Assembly (NCBI RefSeq): GCF_009914755.1
Contig: NC_060927.1
DNA length: 64,000 nt
Direction: 5' to 3' (one strand)
From: the human T2T-CHM13v2.0 reference genome, Homo sapiens
The position numbers and the translations under genes were made by a program. Shown here piece by piece: positions 28,270 through 42,772 of the stretch (the first letter of the stretch is position 1; each line of letters begins with the position of its first letter). Under the pieces are notes generated by a model that had not been told where the DNA came from, ran no database searches, and saw nothing but the letters and a program-made list of their open reading frames with translations.

Positions 28270-31200
28270 TTCTATTCACTATTAAAACCTAACTTAAAAA
28301 ATTTGAAGTCTTTTAAAAAAAATCTAAAAAATCTGAAATACCTGTACTGAGACTTTCTTTTAACATATTTAATACCCCTTTCAAAGCTTCTAACATACAA
28401 TTTTAATACAACCTACAAGTGAAAGTACCCTAATATAAATATGAATATTTAAATAAAAGATAGCTGTTTTACCCAAAGGAGTCAAATTTTGTATTCATAA
28501 TTCCCAAACTGATAAACCAAAACAATTCAACAGTTCTCTGGTGACTTAATTCCTAAAATTCTATCAGTTATGTTAAAACAAATTTGCTGGGCACCCACTG
28601 GAATGACAAACATCCCCACACACGGGCATACATTTTCTTTACCCATATAAAGAATCACCAAAAGAATCATGAACTTTTGGCAAGTAGGAGATTCAGGGAA
28701 CTGTTTCCGAAGACAAGGCAAAGCATCACTCTAAAATCTAAAATAAAGGCAGCAAAAAGAGGCTGACAAAGCAGAAACAGGTATGGGTAAAAGCATCTTT
28801 CAAGCTCCTTCTCTTTCATAATCCTTTTATTCCTATCTCCAGCTTGCCTTAATGAAACACCTGAACTTAAAGAAAGACATGATCCTATTACAAGAAATTC
28901 TGGTACTAAAGTTACTCTCAGAAGTTACTTGACAGCTGGGAAACCTCCATGCTAAAGAACACGAAATGCCCTCAGCTGCGGTTTAAGCAGAGTGCTTTAT
29001 TGCTAACATAAGAAAATATACCATATATAACAATAATCCTAAATCACTCTTGTTGGGCCTTTTATGCTCTGAGTTAATTTTCCTACAGTGATTACGAGCC
29101 TGACAAAAATGACACTTCACTGCCTGGCCTCTAACAATATTAACTCCACCTCAACGGACATGTTTGCAAAGCAGCTAGCTAAGAACACAAGAACTTACAA
29201 ACACAAAAATAAATCTCTCTTAGACATTATGTGGAAAAGCACAAAATACTGTAACCAAGCTGATTAAAGTACATAAAAATGTATATAAGTGTATGAACAA
29301 TAATCAGAAACGCTGCCATGCTAGAAATGCTCACTAGCATCTTTTTGTCCCACAAAATATCTAAATCCAGAAGAGTATTTTTTTTAACTCGAAGAGAAGT
29401 ACATTTTCATTTTCACTAAAAGGCAAAACAAAACAAACATTACACTTGGATTTAAAACATATTAATCAGAAAAGGAATACAGAGCTATTTATGACAGCCT
29501 TAAATTAGTAAATGGCATTAATACTACTGTAAATGGAGACCAAGATTTGGCAGTTCAGTAGCAGTGATGGTTTAGTCATCACATCTCACAACCTTGTCAT
29601 TTGCAAACGTTTTAAAGTCAGATTCTTCATTGTGAAGAACATATAGTTATGGGGGGGCGGGGGGGAACAACCAAAAAACTAATCATCATTGCTTTAGCTC
29701 AACCCACATGCCTGTACTTAAGGGTATCCATGGTAGCAATGATGCAACGTGCCTACCTAGTTCACCGTGCCTACACAAGTGGGAGAGAGGGGAGGCGGAT
29801 GATGAAAAAAATTTCACTTGGAAAGGTGTTTTAGTATTAACATGATAAAATTACATCAACTACACTGTCAGACTTTTAAAACACATATAGAATCACAAAG
29901 CTCTCTAAGACCAGAAAAGGGAGAAAAGAACAAGGGATGGGGTACACACCGCAGCCTTTAGTTCAAAAGAAAATCAAGAATTTTGCTCTTCCTGCTAGAG
30001 CCATTGGTTAAATATGTTCAAAGGGTTTATTTCTAATAATAGAACAAATTATTTTAATTTAGTTTTTTCAAAAGCAACTACAAACAATGTTTTAGGCTTC
30101 TAATTTCCAACCTACATCCTTCTCTATTTTTGCTTTAACAGTTATATAATAAAAATTTATAAATACTTTAGGATAATGATTACATCTAATTTTTTAAGCA
30201 AAATAGACCCTCTTTTGCTAAAAGAGTCAATGTAAAAAAATTCAAAGTCTATCAAGGAAGATGGAGCAGAGAGAGGAGATAGATCATTTCAAATAACCTT
30301 GCTATAATACTGGAAATAAAACCAAAATGAATGAAATGATAAAAGGCAAATCACAGGGGAGAACCAACATAGACAACCATGAAAAAAATTTAGAGAGGGA
30401 AAAAGCAACAACGACCCTGTTTTCCAGGATTATGTGCCCTTTAAACATTCAGTAAGAATATTTCAACAAGACAGTTTACCTAGAGGTACAGAGAAGACAT
30501 CTCCTTATAAACAGGGAATGGAAACAGATAATGGGCATGTCTGTATCCGATCAGAAACTACTGTTTGAACTAGAACTCTGAGCAACAAGAAAAGAAAACT
30601 AATTTCCATCAATTTTCCTGCTTTTCCTCTTATGAAAAATAATTCATTATACAGAAAGAGTAATAGCCTCTACTTTCAGAATTTACAAATTTACCTACTC
30701 TTTTATTACTGAATGTAATTTTAAAATCTCAACAAGTTTGTCTAGCAATCACTATGAGACATCGTAAGTGCATAGAAATAAAAAAAGGTAAATTATTCCA
30801 TATTTTAAAAACCAATGGATGAATTTTAAATGTAAGCACGCTGAATCTATAACACCATCACACAATGTCTGCAAACTGGTGCTCAAAAATAAAAGAAGCC
30901 AAACTTAGAGATTAAGTGAAGCATGCTGCACTTTGAACACAATGAGCAAAACAGACTTCAAAACAAGTACTTTCAAGGAGTGCTTGTACAAGTCTAATCA
31001 TTTTAAATCCACATCAACATCTTTCTAAAGGCAACACAATCAGCACTTGACTATTTTCCTCTTCCTAAAAAAACAAAAAATTAACTATAATTATAATAGA
31101 TGGAAGAGTCCAGAAAATGCTCTCAAAACGAGTTATACTTTCAACTAGCATGGCATGTTGGGACACAAAGGGGAGAAGAGTAGCTCTGAGAATACACTGA

Positions 31201-31483
31201 GAAGATTTAAATATAATCAGGACTTTACAGACCCTTGCTGCTGGGAGAAAGGCTTCCTGTAAATCTCAGGGAAAAAACATCTGTGCAACACGCTTTTGGC
31301 TATCTAAAACACATTTCAAAATACCGCCCTTTCTAAAGGATATAAACTAAGCATCACATGGATTCACACATCTATTTTCAAATCTATAACAATGGTTACA
31401 CCTTATTTTTAAAAGACACTGAACAAAGGGTCTCTCACATCTGTCACTAACAATGAAATACAGAAAAGCATATTATATCTTAC

Positions 31484-31513
31484 CTTTGTGGTTACAATGC
31501 ACAGGCAATCCAT
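31484..31513 (-). CDS. DLG1: Coding part of the alternative first exon of alpha-SAP97 (MDCLCIVTTK)
   Basis: Minus strand reads ATG GAT TGC CTG TGC ATT GTA ACC ACA AAG|gtaaga. This is the palmitoylated alpha N-terminus of DLG-MAGUKs, the same peptide as PSD-95 alpha. Strong Kozak (G at -3, G at +4) and a strong phase-0 donor compatible with the downstream KYRYQD exon outside the window. Confidence 0.93.
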
Positions 31514-31541
31514 TACTCTACCATTACAATATTTTATACAT
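31513..31541 (-). promoter_or_regulatory. Two short uORFs (MYKIL*, MVE*) chained by TAATG overlaps into the alpha-SAP97 start codon
   Basis: Minus strand reads ATG TAT AAA ATA TTG TA[A TG] GTA GAG TA[A TG] GAT. The ORFs are certain. Their presence in the mRNA is inferred from adjacency to the ATG. Confidence 0.6.
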
Positions 31542-31974
31542 AAAGCAAAACTATTTTAAGTTGCCTAGTTGAACAAAACATGTAAATAAAAATAAATAAA
31601 GCTGTGAGATAAAACCATAAATGAAGAAGTTATAACTGTAACTAGATCTCTCCAGGATCCATTCTTAGAGGTAGCAATTTTTCTACTATCTAAAATACAA
31701 GAAACCAGAGTCTGTCACGTGCCCTACAATCTTCTTTATGTAATCTGTATCTGAAGAACTTGAAATTATCCCACAAAACACTGTGGAAGATGTCAGGGTT
31801 TATTCCACAAGAGTCCACTGCTTCTTCAGATGCTGTTTCATTAATCCCTCTTTTCAAGATATGAGGTTGACAGGAAGTCATCTGATGAAATGCTCCACAA
31901 AGAGGTTCCCCCGATATAAATTTAAATCTGCTTCTCCTCGTTAGCTACAGTTTGGATACTCAAATGACAACCAC

Positions 31975-32009
<35 letters not shown>

Positions 32010-32514
32010 CTAAAAATATGCAAGCAAACATTTCTTCCACTAAACCATTTCAGCAACTGCAGCCTGCAAAGTAATGACTTTCTCGAGCAGTAATGAATGG
32101 AATATTCCATGTGGTTTTTTGAGAAGGGGAGCAGGAAAAACAAAATACAATAATTTAAAATATTATCTCTAAAACTTGCCTTTTTTTCTTTGCTAAAAAA
32201 GTGAATAAATAACATTTTACCAACAAAGGCAAATTTTAACTTTACTGCCTTACTAAATCCATTTCACTGATCCCCCACACACCAAAAAAAACCACCACAA
32301 AAAGATAGTTACAACTATGTAACCTTTCAAACTCCTCAAGAAGTCTTTGTTTTTAAGTCAACTAACTTTGTGAATTCATGTCCTGTCTCCAAGATCATTA
32401 GGACTGGAGCTAGATAGGCTAACAGACACAGGGGACATGGCAGAGGGATATGCAACTGGCTTTCAGTATCATAAGCTTCCAGCCACACTCCCCTATACAA
32501 ATGCCATAGTGAAG

Positions 32515-32725
<211 letters not shown>

Positions 32726-33199
32726 TTATCTGCAATTTTTGTCCACAAAGTTTCCTCACAGTTTACAGATATTATGAATGACCTCAAGTTCAAACAACTG
32801 AACTGTTCCTACTTGCCTCTTATACCCCATTCCTCCTCCTAACATTTCAAATACACATGGACTGCACTAACAACTTTCAGACTAAACCACATTTCACTGT
32901 TAAGCGTTATGAAAAGGAGTTAATACATATATACCATTTGGTAGAACCTATCAAATAGTAAGCACTATCAATGTTGTTATTACTATTATTAATATGTATC
33001 AAATTACAGCCTTTTATTTAAAGCCTAACAGGGTATACTTGAGACAGGCCCAATGGGACTTTACCTTACTTTATCTAATGGGGCTGTTGTGTGAGGATTA
33101 AATAATATACACAGGGCACTTAGAATAATGCTGACTTGTTAGGTCAATAGTGGCAATAAATAGTGCAACAGTGCTCAGTAAATGCCAGCTACAGCTATA

Positions 33200-34080
33200 G
33201 ATCTATTGTGGTATAATATGAAATATATTCGGTCTTTGTTTCTGTCAGAGTGCCTAAAACTCTTGGAAATTCCTAAGTAATGGGAAGGTCTTCTTTTGTT
33301 CATGACAAGCCCTTTGGATCACAGCTAATGCTAATGAGGTAACTTAAAGTGAGACCCCTAGAAAGCCTCAGGATGAGGCTCATCACCAGAAAGACCACGG
33401 GATTAGAGGATTAGAGGGTTAGAGGGCTGGAACTTTCAGCTCCACCCACCAACCTCCAGGAAAGGGGCAGGGGTTGGGGGCTGGAGATCAAGCTCTATAA
33501 AAACTCTTAACAACATGTGATGTGCTTTTGGGTTGGCAAAGGCAAGCTGGGAAGGCTGAGGACTCCAACTCTACCAGGATAGAAGCTCCTGCACTTGGGA
33601 CCCTTCCAGACCTTGCCCTATGTATCTCTTTTTCTGGCTGTTCATCTGTATCCTTTATAACATCTTTTATAATAAACTAGTAAACGCATTTCCCTGAGTT
33701 CTGTAAGCCATCCTAGCAAATTAACCAAACCCAAGGAAGGGGTTGTGTGAACCCCAATTTAAAACTAGTCAGTCAGAAGCATAGGTCACAATCTACTATT
33801 TCCATCTAAATGGGGGCAGTCTTGTGGGGCTGAGCCCCCAACCTGTGGGATCTGACACTATACTTCAGAGACTACTACTATCTCCAAGTAGACACTGCCA
33901 GAACTGTATTTACGTAGAGACTACTACTACCTCCAAGCAGATAGTGTCAGAATTGAATTATAGGACACCCAGTAGGTGTCCACTGGAAAAGCTTCACCAA
34001 AAACCTCCTCACACATCTAGTCAGCACAGAAGTGTGCTGTGTTGAGAGCAGAGGGAAAAAATGGTTTTTCTCCTCTCAGA
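33200..34080 (+). mobile_element. Solo LTR, MER21-like (ERV1)
   Basis: TGTGGTATAATATGAAATATATTCGGTC start, AATAAACTAGTAAAC..TTTCCCTGAGTTCTGT, GTGTCAGAATTGAATTATAGGACACCCAG. Confidence 0.7.
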
Positions 34081-34673
34081 CCTAAATACATATGTATGTA
34101 GCTATGTAAATGTCATCATGGGCCAACACATCCCTTATCCCATGCAGGATATAGCCTGGAAATTACATGCTCTGTTGAGTACTCCCTTTTCCCCACCCCA
34201 CCCCTGCAATTATCATTTGCTCCCAACATGAAAGAGTAAAGCTCATATAAGGCTCAAGGCTCATAACTCCCTAAATAAAGTTTATCATTTTTAAGCAGAA
34301 TACTGAAAACAATGGAAGTGATATCTAAGTACTGACTAGGCATTGCATTTTGCGAAGAAAAATAAGGAGGTATGTAAAACCCTTTACCTGGTTGCTCTCT
34401 TAGTATTCTGAAGTTTCTCTTGTGAAATTTTTATCACATCTAGAGTAGTCTAGCCCAGAGAGGGCAGGCATCCCTAAGTTTGGCAGACTTCATAATAGAA
34501 AAGGCTGAAAATCACTACGGCAAGTTAGAAATATCATTCAGCCTGTGTAACTTAAGCAGTCATTTTCTTCGGGGGGTGGGAGGAGGGTCTCAACTTCCTC
34601 TTTTGTAAAATAAAAAAACTCAATGACTCCTAAGAGTCCTTGAATTTATACCATGCCTATGTTTCAGTTTTTA

Positions 34674-35039
<366 letters not shown>

Positions 35040-35530
35040 TCAAATACCTACCACTTTATCCCCATCATCTTGGGGGATAGCAGGGTGACCACAATGTTTG
35101 CTGAATTAATGAGTGGCCTTTCTAATATTTAAACTATAGGTGATTACAAAATTGAAAACAGCCTGAAACAATCCTGAAAATTAGACATTCCATTTTCCCA
35201 GTAAAAATAGAAGTTTGCCAACTCAATTACAAACCTGTAAGAATAAGATGAAATAGTCAAATATCCAAATTAATCAGTTAACATATAATTACTTAACAAC
35301 ACATTAAAATAGTATGTCTAATATATTATTCCAGTCACATTTCAAAGAACAAATTTTAGTTAAACTCCTCACATTCATCTCCGATGTCTAGGGTCATCAT
35401 AACCACAACCACTTTTTAATGATCTAATCTCTGTGACCTCAAACATCAGTTTTATACGGTTTAAGTTGTTTGAGATATGGCCCTTTCTGAACTACAACGT
35501 CACTTGACCATTTATCCCTAATTACTACTA

Positions 35531-36080
<550 letters not shown>

Positions 36081-36459
36081 TAGTGCTCATTCACAGAAGA
36101 GGAAGCCACTTTCCCCTGTACTGTAGGCGTGTATTTATAACCTTCATGATGTAACTAACCCCTTACTATATTATTTTTTAATATACCTAATAATCCTTCA
36201 AAAAAGCTTGCATAGATCTAATACTTACAGGTTTTAAGGCTGTACTCAGGGAATGATTATTCAATTTGTGTTAAATTCTACACTAACTGCATCTTCTGTA
36301 AGTATCTGTAAGTACCCAACTGGCACTGAGTAAGGTACATTTCAAGCCTATGTGTTCTCTTCAGATGGTCATTTGCTGTTAAAAGTAATTTAGAAATCAC
36401 CCTGTAATATGAGCTACTTTAGAAGGACTTGAAATATAAGCCTTTTGGGATGGCAACAC

Positions 36460-38430
36460 TTCACCTAATAGGCACATAAGATAATTAACAGTATTTTAGA
36501 ATACCAATGGCTTTCCATAAACAAGCAATTGCTGCCAACCATAATGGAATAAAAAAAAAGACTGACTTTCAGACACTGGACCCTGTGAGAAGAGAAACTA
36601 ATGAGGTGAGTCCTGTAAATGCCCAGAAAAAGTTTCCTGGCTGTAGCAGAAGGGGGAAACTCAACGAAACCCAGCAGCCTTAAGTTGAGGAGAAAGCGTT
36701 GAGAATAAACAGAGCTAAAACTCACAGGTAAGAGTACCAGAAAGGAGAGAGCGGGACAGAAAAAGCTCCAGAGATCTGCAGAGTTCCCCTCGAGTCTTCA
36801 GATTAGTTTTGATCAGTACATGCATGTAAGGAAACTTCAAGGTGAGGAAAAAATCTTAGAAAGCAGCAAATGGAACAAAACCCAGAGCTCACGCAAGGCC
36901 AAGAATAATGAAAACTCATAATATACTGGGCAGTGGGGATAGCCTTCTACAACCAAATGTTGCTCAGTCCCACTGAAAAAGCTTAAAAGCAGCCAGGCGC
37001 GGTGGCTCACACCTGTAATCCCAGCACTCTGGGAGGCCAAGGAGAGTGGATCACGAGGTCAGGAACTCAAGACCAGCCTGACCAACATGGTGAAACCCCG
37101 TCTCTACCAAAAATACAAAAATTAGCCAGGCGTGGTGGCACATGCCTGTAATCCCAGCTACTCAGGAGGCTGAGGTAGGAGAATCACTTGAACCCAGGAA
37201 GCGGAGGTTGCAGTGAGCCGAGATCATGCCACGGCACTCCAGCCTGGGCAACGGGGCAAGACTCCGTCTCAAAAACAAACAAAAAAGCAGTCTGAATGGC
37301 ATCAAACTCTTTCCAAGTCATTTAACTACATCCCAAAACAAAGCTCAAGAATATTTAAAAGAATAAAAAAATATCTAGGCCCCCAAAAGGTAAAATTCAC
37401 AACGTCTGCCAAATTCATCCAAATTATCAAGCATGTAAAGAAGCAAGGAAACACGATCCAGAGAAGAGAAAAAAAATCAATCAATAAAAACTGACCCAGA
37501 AATGACACATAATAGAATCAGTAGACAAAAACATTTTAAAAGTTACTTTAACTCTGTCCCTTATGTTTATGAAGACAGAGAAGGATAGAGTGTGTTAATT
37601 AGACAAAAATAAAAACGAAACTATCGAGACCAACCTGGGCAATCCAGCAAGACCCCATCTCTGCCAAAAAATTAAAAAAAAAAATTGCCCAGCCTGGTGG
37701 TATACATGTGTAGCCCCAGGTACTTGGGGAGGCTGAGGCAGCAGGACTGCTTGAAGCCAGGAGGCTGAGGATGCAGTGGGCCATGACCACATCACTGCAC
37801 TGCAGCCTGGGCGACGCAGCAAGACCCTGTCTCCAAAAAGAAGGAGAGGGAGAGGAGAAGAGAAGAGAAACTAAATCAAGCTTCTAGAGGTAAACTGTCT
37901 GAAATAAAAAACTGACTGAGATTAATAGTATACTAGATACTTGAGAAGATTAATGAACTTGAAGACATAGCAACAGCAATTGTCTAAAATTTAACATACC
38001 AACGAAAAAGACTGAAAAAAGATTAATCATATCAGTGAACTGTAGACAAAGTCAACCAAACCAATATACAAGTACTGGAATCCCTGAAAGCAAAGGGGAA
38101 GGAAGAGAAAAAATATTTGCAGAAATAATTGGTGAAAAACGTCTAAAGTAGGTAAAAACTATAAACCCACAGATCCAAGAAACTCAATGAATCCCAGGCA
38201 CAAGAAAGGTAAAGAAAACTGTAACTATAAACAGTACATGTGAGTGACAAGCACCAAATTCAAGACAGAGGTTAATTCTGGGGAACAAGGCAGGAGAACG
38301 TGATTACAGTGGAAAACACAAGAGACTTCAGCTATACTTACACTATGTTATCTTCTTAAGGTAGTAGTAAATACATGGATATTTATAATATTCACTACAG
38401 TTTCTCCATGATTAAAATATTTTTTTAAAA
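36460..38430 (+). mobile_element. Ancient L1M 5'/ORF1 region with two Alu insertions (about 36990-37285 and 37625-37870)
   Basis: ORF1-like AACCCACAGATCCAAGAAACTCAATGAATCCCAGG. Alu consensus blocks are evident. Confidence 0.6.
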
Positions 38431-39654
38431 AATAACACAAAATGAAGGAAAACCAACAGGTCAAATAGTTGCCAAGAAGATAAAAAATTTTCAAAAGCAG
38501 AGTAGAGAGTAGCAAATGCCACCAAAAAATCAGATAACATATGCGAACAGCTTCTGTTTTGCCCTTGGATCCTTTTCTCTTTTGGAATCTCACTCTCCCT
38601 TCATACAATGTCTATAATCTCTTTTTCCATCTTGGGCCTCTGTTCCCTTCTTCACTTTATCTTGTAAATATAATATGTTCACAGAGGCCATTAGGAGAAA
38701 GACAGGGGGAGAAAGCACTTCTTAGTAGGACCCTATAGCATTCCTTCTCTTCTTAGCTAAGCTTCTTGAAAACGTAGTTTGCCTTTTTTTCTTCCTTTTC
38801 TTCCCATTCCCAATATTCTGTAACCCAGATTCTGACCCTCCTTCTCCACAGTAACTGTTCTCTTTTTTCCTTTATTTACCTTAAAAAAAAATTATCTAAC
38901 TACACAGGTAATTCAGGCACACCTTAAACATACTTACAAAGACAGATGCATAATGCTGAAGTCTTTTTTTATATTCTTTTCCCGAGATAACCTCTTTTAA
39001 CCATTTGGTATGTATTTGTTCAGCTAATCCTATATGTTTATTATTACTTTGGGTCCTACTGAGAAGTACTTTTTTCTGTTTGTCTGTTTTTCTAATGGAA
39101 TCTTTGAACATATTTACAGGATAAAATAAAGAGGGGAACAGAGGCCCAAGACAGAGAAAGAGGTTATAGATATTCCATAATGAAAAAGGACAGTGGGATT
39201 CTAAAAGAAAAAAGGATTAAGAGCATAACAGAGCTGTTAGTATTTATTCTCTGATATGACTTTCACATAATTGAAAACATATAAAGTTAGGAAATTTTGC
39301 AATAAACATGTATCACTTTGGAAATCCAAAAAACAGGAGAGGTGAGGAGGTTTAGGAGCACATGAGATATCACTGCTCTAATACTAAAAATAGTAATAAG
39401 CACAGATACAGATATAGAGCAATCAAGATTATTTAAATGATGAGTTACTGAAAATGTCACATAATCAAAACTCATAATTCAAAACTAATTGGGGGTGTCT
39501 TCTAGGAACACATAAGTCTAACCAATGTGACATACTTAAGCTTTCACATAGCCTTTCATTTTCTCAGTAACTGTGTAAAGTTTTGCTGAGTTTTCTCCTA
39601 GATTAACAGCTTTTTTTTTGGCATAATATGACAGTTGTTCCACTTCTCTTATAA

Positions 39655-39831
<177 letters not shown>

Positions 39832-39879
39832 TAGGGATGGGGTCTCCCTATGCTGCCCAGGCTGATCTATACTAAATTT

Positions 39880-40630
39880 ATAGAAAAATGTTTTTCTTTC
39901 TTCAGTAATAAATTAACCTTGGCTTACTGTAACCTTTTTACTTTATAAATTAAATTTTTTAACTTTTTGACTCTTTCACCTTAACATTTAGCTTAAAACA
40001 CAAATACACTGTATAGAGGTACAAAATTTTTTCTTTCTTTATATTCTGATTCTATAAGCTTTTTTCTATTTTTTAATTTTTTTTTTTACTGTTTAAATAC
40101 AAACACACACTTTTAAATACTGTTAAAAACAAACACACACACACCCGTTAACTTAAGCCTACCCAAGGCCAGAATCATCAGTATCACTGGACAGTACCAC
40201 TGAAAGGTCTTCAGAGGCAATAGCATGCATGGAGCTATCGCCACCTACGAAAACAATGTCTTCTTCTGGAATACCTCCTGAAGGGCCTGCCTGAGGCCGT
40301 TTTACACTTTACTTTTTTCTAAAATAAGTAGAAGTGCACTCTATAAAATAACTACTAAAAGTACAGTAGATAAACTAGTAACATAATTGTTAATATTTAT
40401 CAAGTATTATGTACTGTACCTAATTATACGTGCTATGCTTTTATGACTGGCAGAACAGGTTTATTTACACCAGCATCACCACAAACACTTGATATACGTC
40501 ATGCTACAATGTTATGACAGCAAAGATGTCACTAGGAGATATAAATTTCTCAGCTTGATTATAACCTTAAGGGATCCCTACTTAACATGGTCTGTGGCTG
40601 GCCAAAACATCATCATACCACATATTACTG
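39880..40630. mobile_element. Tigger3b/MER7-type DNA transposon fragment, next to a partial minus-strand AluJ (about 39661-39865)
   Basis: AATAAATTAACCTTGGCTTACTGTAAC, CTTCTGGAATACCTCCTGAAGG, CACCAGCATCACCACAAACAC. Confidence 0.7.
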
Positions 40631-42292
40631 TATTTCTATAGCTTTTTTAAAAAAATAAACGTTGCCTGTTACATTTCTATCTCTATTAAAATTAGTTCTT
40701 TCTCTCCTTATTTTAACTTTATTGCAATATTTTCCTTTGTCTAGGTAACAAGTCCAATTGCCAAGAAAGTTACTAAACAAAAATGGAAACATCAGTCTTG
40801 AAGCCTGAAGTTCTGAATTCTAATCAGTTTTTCTATAGGTTAATACTGCAACGTTGGGCAGTACCAATATCCCTGAATGACAGTTTGATCAATTCTAAAG
40901 TAAACACAGTATAAGCTCCACGTATTAAGAACCAAAATCTGGCTCACCTCGTGTATGTTAGGAGGCTATAGCAAGAATGAATTCATGCTCCTCTAACATC
41001 CCAAATTATTACAATGTATGTGATGTGCCTTTTAAAACTATGCTATTTGAAAAATAAGGTTATTATTTTAATCCGTTCCTGTGGAACACGTGAGTTTAAG
41101 AAAGGAAGACAAAGCATATTGTATTCATTTTAAAATATTAATATTGTAAACTATTAATACAATATTTTGCATTAATATTTTAAAATGAATACAATATGTG
41201 CTTTCTTCTCACGCGATATTTCTCAAATTTTATTTTACCAGTTCTGGGGCAAAAGGCTAAAGTTGGAAGAATGTGTCACCTGCCTGTCCACTTTCTTACC
41301 TCTCAAAAATAACACCTCAAAGAAAAAGCAACCCCTAGGAATAGAAAAATGGAAACCATCGTTATGCGTGGATTCTAGTTCAGGAGCAGTGAAAACTCAA
41401 AATAAACTTGGGAAAATTGTTGGAAGGCAAGGACATGCTCAAAGACTAGTAAAGCATATCCTAAGAAAACACAGATACTCCTTCAAGTGATTCGTCTAGT
41501 CAAATATGAAGTAATATGAGCACCCAAACTTAAATGTATGTAAACATTTAGTAAATAAAAATTTCTCGGTATACAGTGATAACTTTGTAAAGAGAGAGAT
41601 CAAGAAAAAGGGGGAACTTAGCAACCTCTGGAGGGGATTATCACACAAGCTACTCAAATAACTGATCATTAAAAGAAAGTAATGTAAACTTTAGCCTGTC
41701 TTTTTAGAAGGAACAGAAGTTCATCCCTAGTTGATGAAGAAAAAGAGTGTTATAGAAGAATGCCAACTAATAACTACAAACAGAATGATTAAATTAGGGA
41801 GAAAAATAACATTTTGAAACCTCAAATGTAGTGATATGGCAATGATCACCAATGGGGGGAAACTGACTCACTACAAGGTGCCAAAGTACAACCCCATACA
41901 CACTTCACAATATCAACAAGAAAAACGTACCTTTCCCGTGGAAGATCTGGAGGTCCCCACCTTTACGCAATCCAACTCAGCACCACAAGAGCAACAACCT
42001 GATATTGTGAGCCTCCTGATGATGCAATATGAAATACAACACTGTGTATCACTGTGAGGTCTGCTTACCAAAAACGAGTCTCATCAACCTTTACACCTAA
42101 CTTCCTCTTACCAGAAATACAAGGATTAGTGGAATGAGTTAAATAACATAAGGAAACAAATGAGACAAATAAAGAATGTGTGATAGTCTATAAAACAACT
42201 GGCATGGTCTCTTCAAAAAGGTAATGTCATTTAAAGGGGGGGAAAAGAAGATAAGGAAGACTATTCTATCAGATTACAAAAGACTAGAGACA

Positions 42293-42772
42293 CTGTACCA
42301 GATTTGGTATGTGTATTCCCAACCCATTCCAACAGTCACCCCCAGATCTTCACACCTACCTTTCATCCTGAGCAGCCCCAGGAACACTTCATGCCTGTGG
42401 CCCCCAGTCCACATCTCCTCCTCTCACCCCCTCACTTGGGGCTTTCCTGATAAATCACCTACACTGACAAATCCACAACCCTAAAGTATGGGGGAACTGC
42501 TGCCCACTAGAAGCCAGTAGATAAATTCTTTCTCTTTCCTTGCAGAGTCCTAACATGCAGTACAAATGGCTTCTCAGGGATGCAATACCAAGGATACAAA
42601 AATCAGTCACACTTAGTGGCAGGAAGCATCCTTGTATTAGTTTTTCCCCTTCCTATACTATCTTCACACTTTCCCTCACTTCTGCTCTCTAGGAATGAAC
42701 TCTCTAAATAAATTAATAGCACCTAAGCCCTCTGCCTCAGGTTCTGCTTTTAGGAAAACCCAGTTAAAAACA
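42293..42772 (+). mobile_element. Ancient ERVL-type solo LTR (LTR16/LTR33-like)
   Basis: 3' end CTCTGCCTCAGGTTCTGCTTTTAGGAAAACCCAGTTAAAAACA. Confidence 0.5.

Noticed and set aside
31690-32215. Minus-strand ORFs of 63 and 97 aa upstream of the alpha exon
   Set aside because: No recognisable protein similarity, and one is driven by a T-run. They would matter only as uORFs if the TSS lies further upstream, which is unknown.
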